NCBI RefSeq assembly: GCF_017377395.1
Contig: NZ_CP061800.1
Coordinates: 3,429,633 to 3,493,632 of the forward strand
DNA length: 64,000 nt
Source: Desulfonema magnum
Lineage (GTDB): Bacteria; Desulfobacterota; Desulfobacteria; Desulfobacterales; 4be13
Direction: 5' to 3'
Part shown: positions 63,785-64,000 of the stretch, piece after piece
Position numbering within the stretch: position 1 is the stretch's first letter
How the letters are laid out: every line of letters starts with the position of its first letter
Translations under genes and position numbers: made by a program
Notes under the pieces: generated by a model
Told to the model about the DNA's origin: nothing
What the model saw: only the letters and a program-made list of their open reading frames with translations
Database searches by the model: none

Positions 63785-64000
63785 ATGGCAAAAAGCGAAG
63801 TACTGAGTGCTAGCTTGGAGGATTATCTGGAAGCAATTTTTCATATTGTTTCTGAAAAACAGGCAGCCAGAGCCAAGGACATAGCAAAACGACTCAAAGT
63901 GAATAATTCCTCTGTGACCGGAGCGCTTCGTGCATTGGCTGAAAAAGGCTTTATCAACTATGCGCCTTATGATGTCATTACCCTCACACCGAGGGGGAAC
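63785..64000 (+). CDS. DtxR/MntR-family metal-dependent transcriptional repressor, N-terminal part (runs off window end)
   Basis: MAKSEVLSASLEDYLEAIFHIVSEKQAARAKDIAKRLKVNNSSVTGALRALAEKGFINYAPYDVITLTPRG: winged-HTH of the DtxR family. Confidence 0.8.
   Translation, partial: MAKSEVLSASLEDYLEAIFHIVSEKQAARAKDIAKRLKVNNSSVTGALRALAEKGFINYAPYDVITLTPRGN

Overview
This 64 kb window is GC-moderate, repeat-rich bacterial chromosome; gene content suggests a Desulfobacterota-like deltaproteobacterium, but that is inference only. Three blocks are visible.

(1) 1-20.7 kb: a minus-strand chemotaxis locus. It holds four MCPs (two with dCache sensors), CheA, CheY, a STAS protein, a divergent soluble MCP-like protein, a hybrid histidine kinase/response regulator and a single-domain response regulator. 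A 92-bp tandem array of ~25 copies (1.6-3.9 kb) interrupts it.

(2) 21.8-32.9 kb: housekeeping and glycan genes. These are ETF-ubiquinone oxidoreductase, a GT4 glycosyltransferase, a Wzx-like flippase, two tandem sulfotransferase paralogs and a flotillin-like SPFH protein.

(3) ~32.9-48.2 kb: an accessory, defense-island-like region. It contains a Rha/ORF6N-like antirepressor plus a duplicated fragment, a short DprA/SLOG-like protein and an HNH nuclease whose 5' end is overrun by a 51-bp tandem array. A second, near-identical 51-bp array follows, each array ~26-27 copies. Between the arrays lie a hicA/hicB toxin-antitoxin pair and a disrupted ORF. A three-gene minus-strand block follows: membrane protein, PLD-nuclease/SNF2-helicase fusion (1119 aa) and a large PglX/Eco57I-like N6-adenine methyltransferase (1115 aa). 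I flag this block as a candidate compact, DISARM/Type-III-like restriction-modification defense module.

The remainder holds a YkgJ-family CxxCxxCC protein, TerB, a PilZ protein, a mazEF-like TA cassette flanked by 113-bp direct repeats, a cNMP-binding protein, two M20 peptidases, UDP-glucose 6-dehydrogenase, an IS110-family transposase, a PAS-GGDEF cyclase and a partial DtxR/MntR repressor.

The window is also saturated with non-coding repeats:
- a MITE-like family with 27-bp TIRs (5 copies);
- at least two REP-like hairpin families;
- octamer microsatellites in intergenic regions;
- several tandem arrays with periods of 20, ~33, ~56, 51 and 92 bp.
None of the arrays has CRISPR architecture (no spacers). 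No rRNA or tRNA was recognised by eye.
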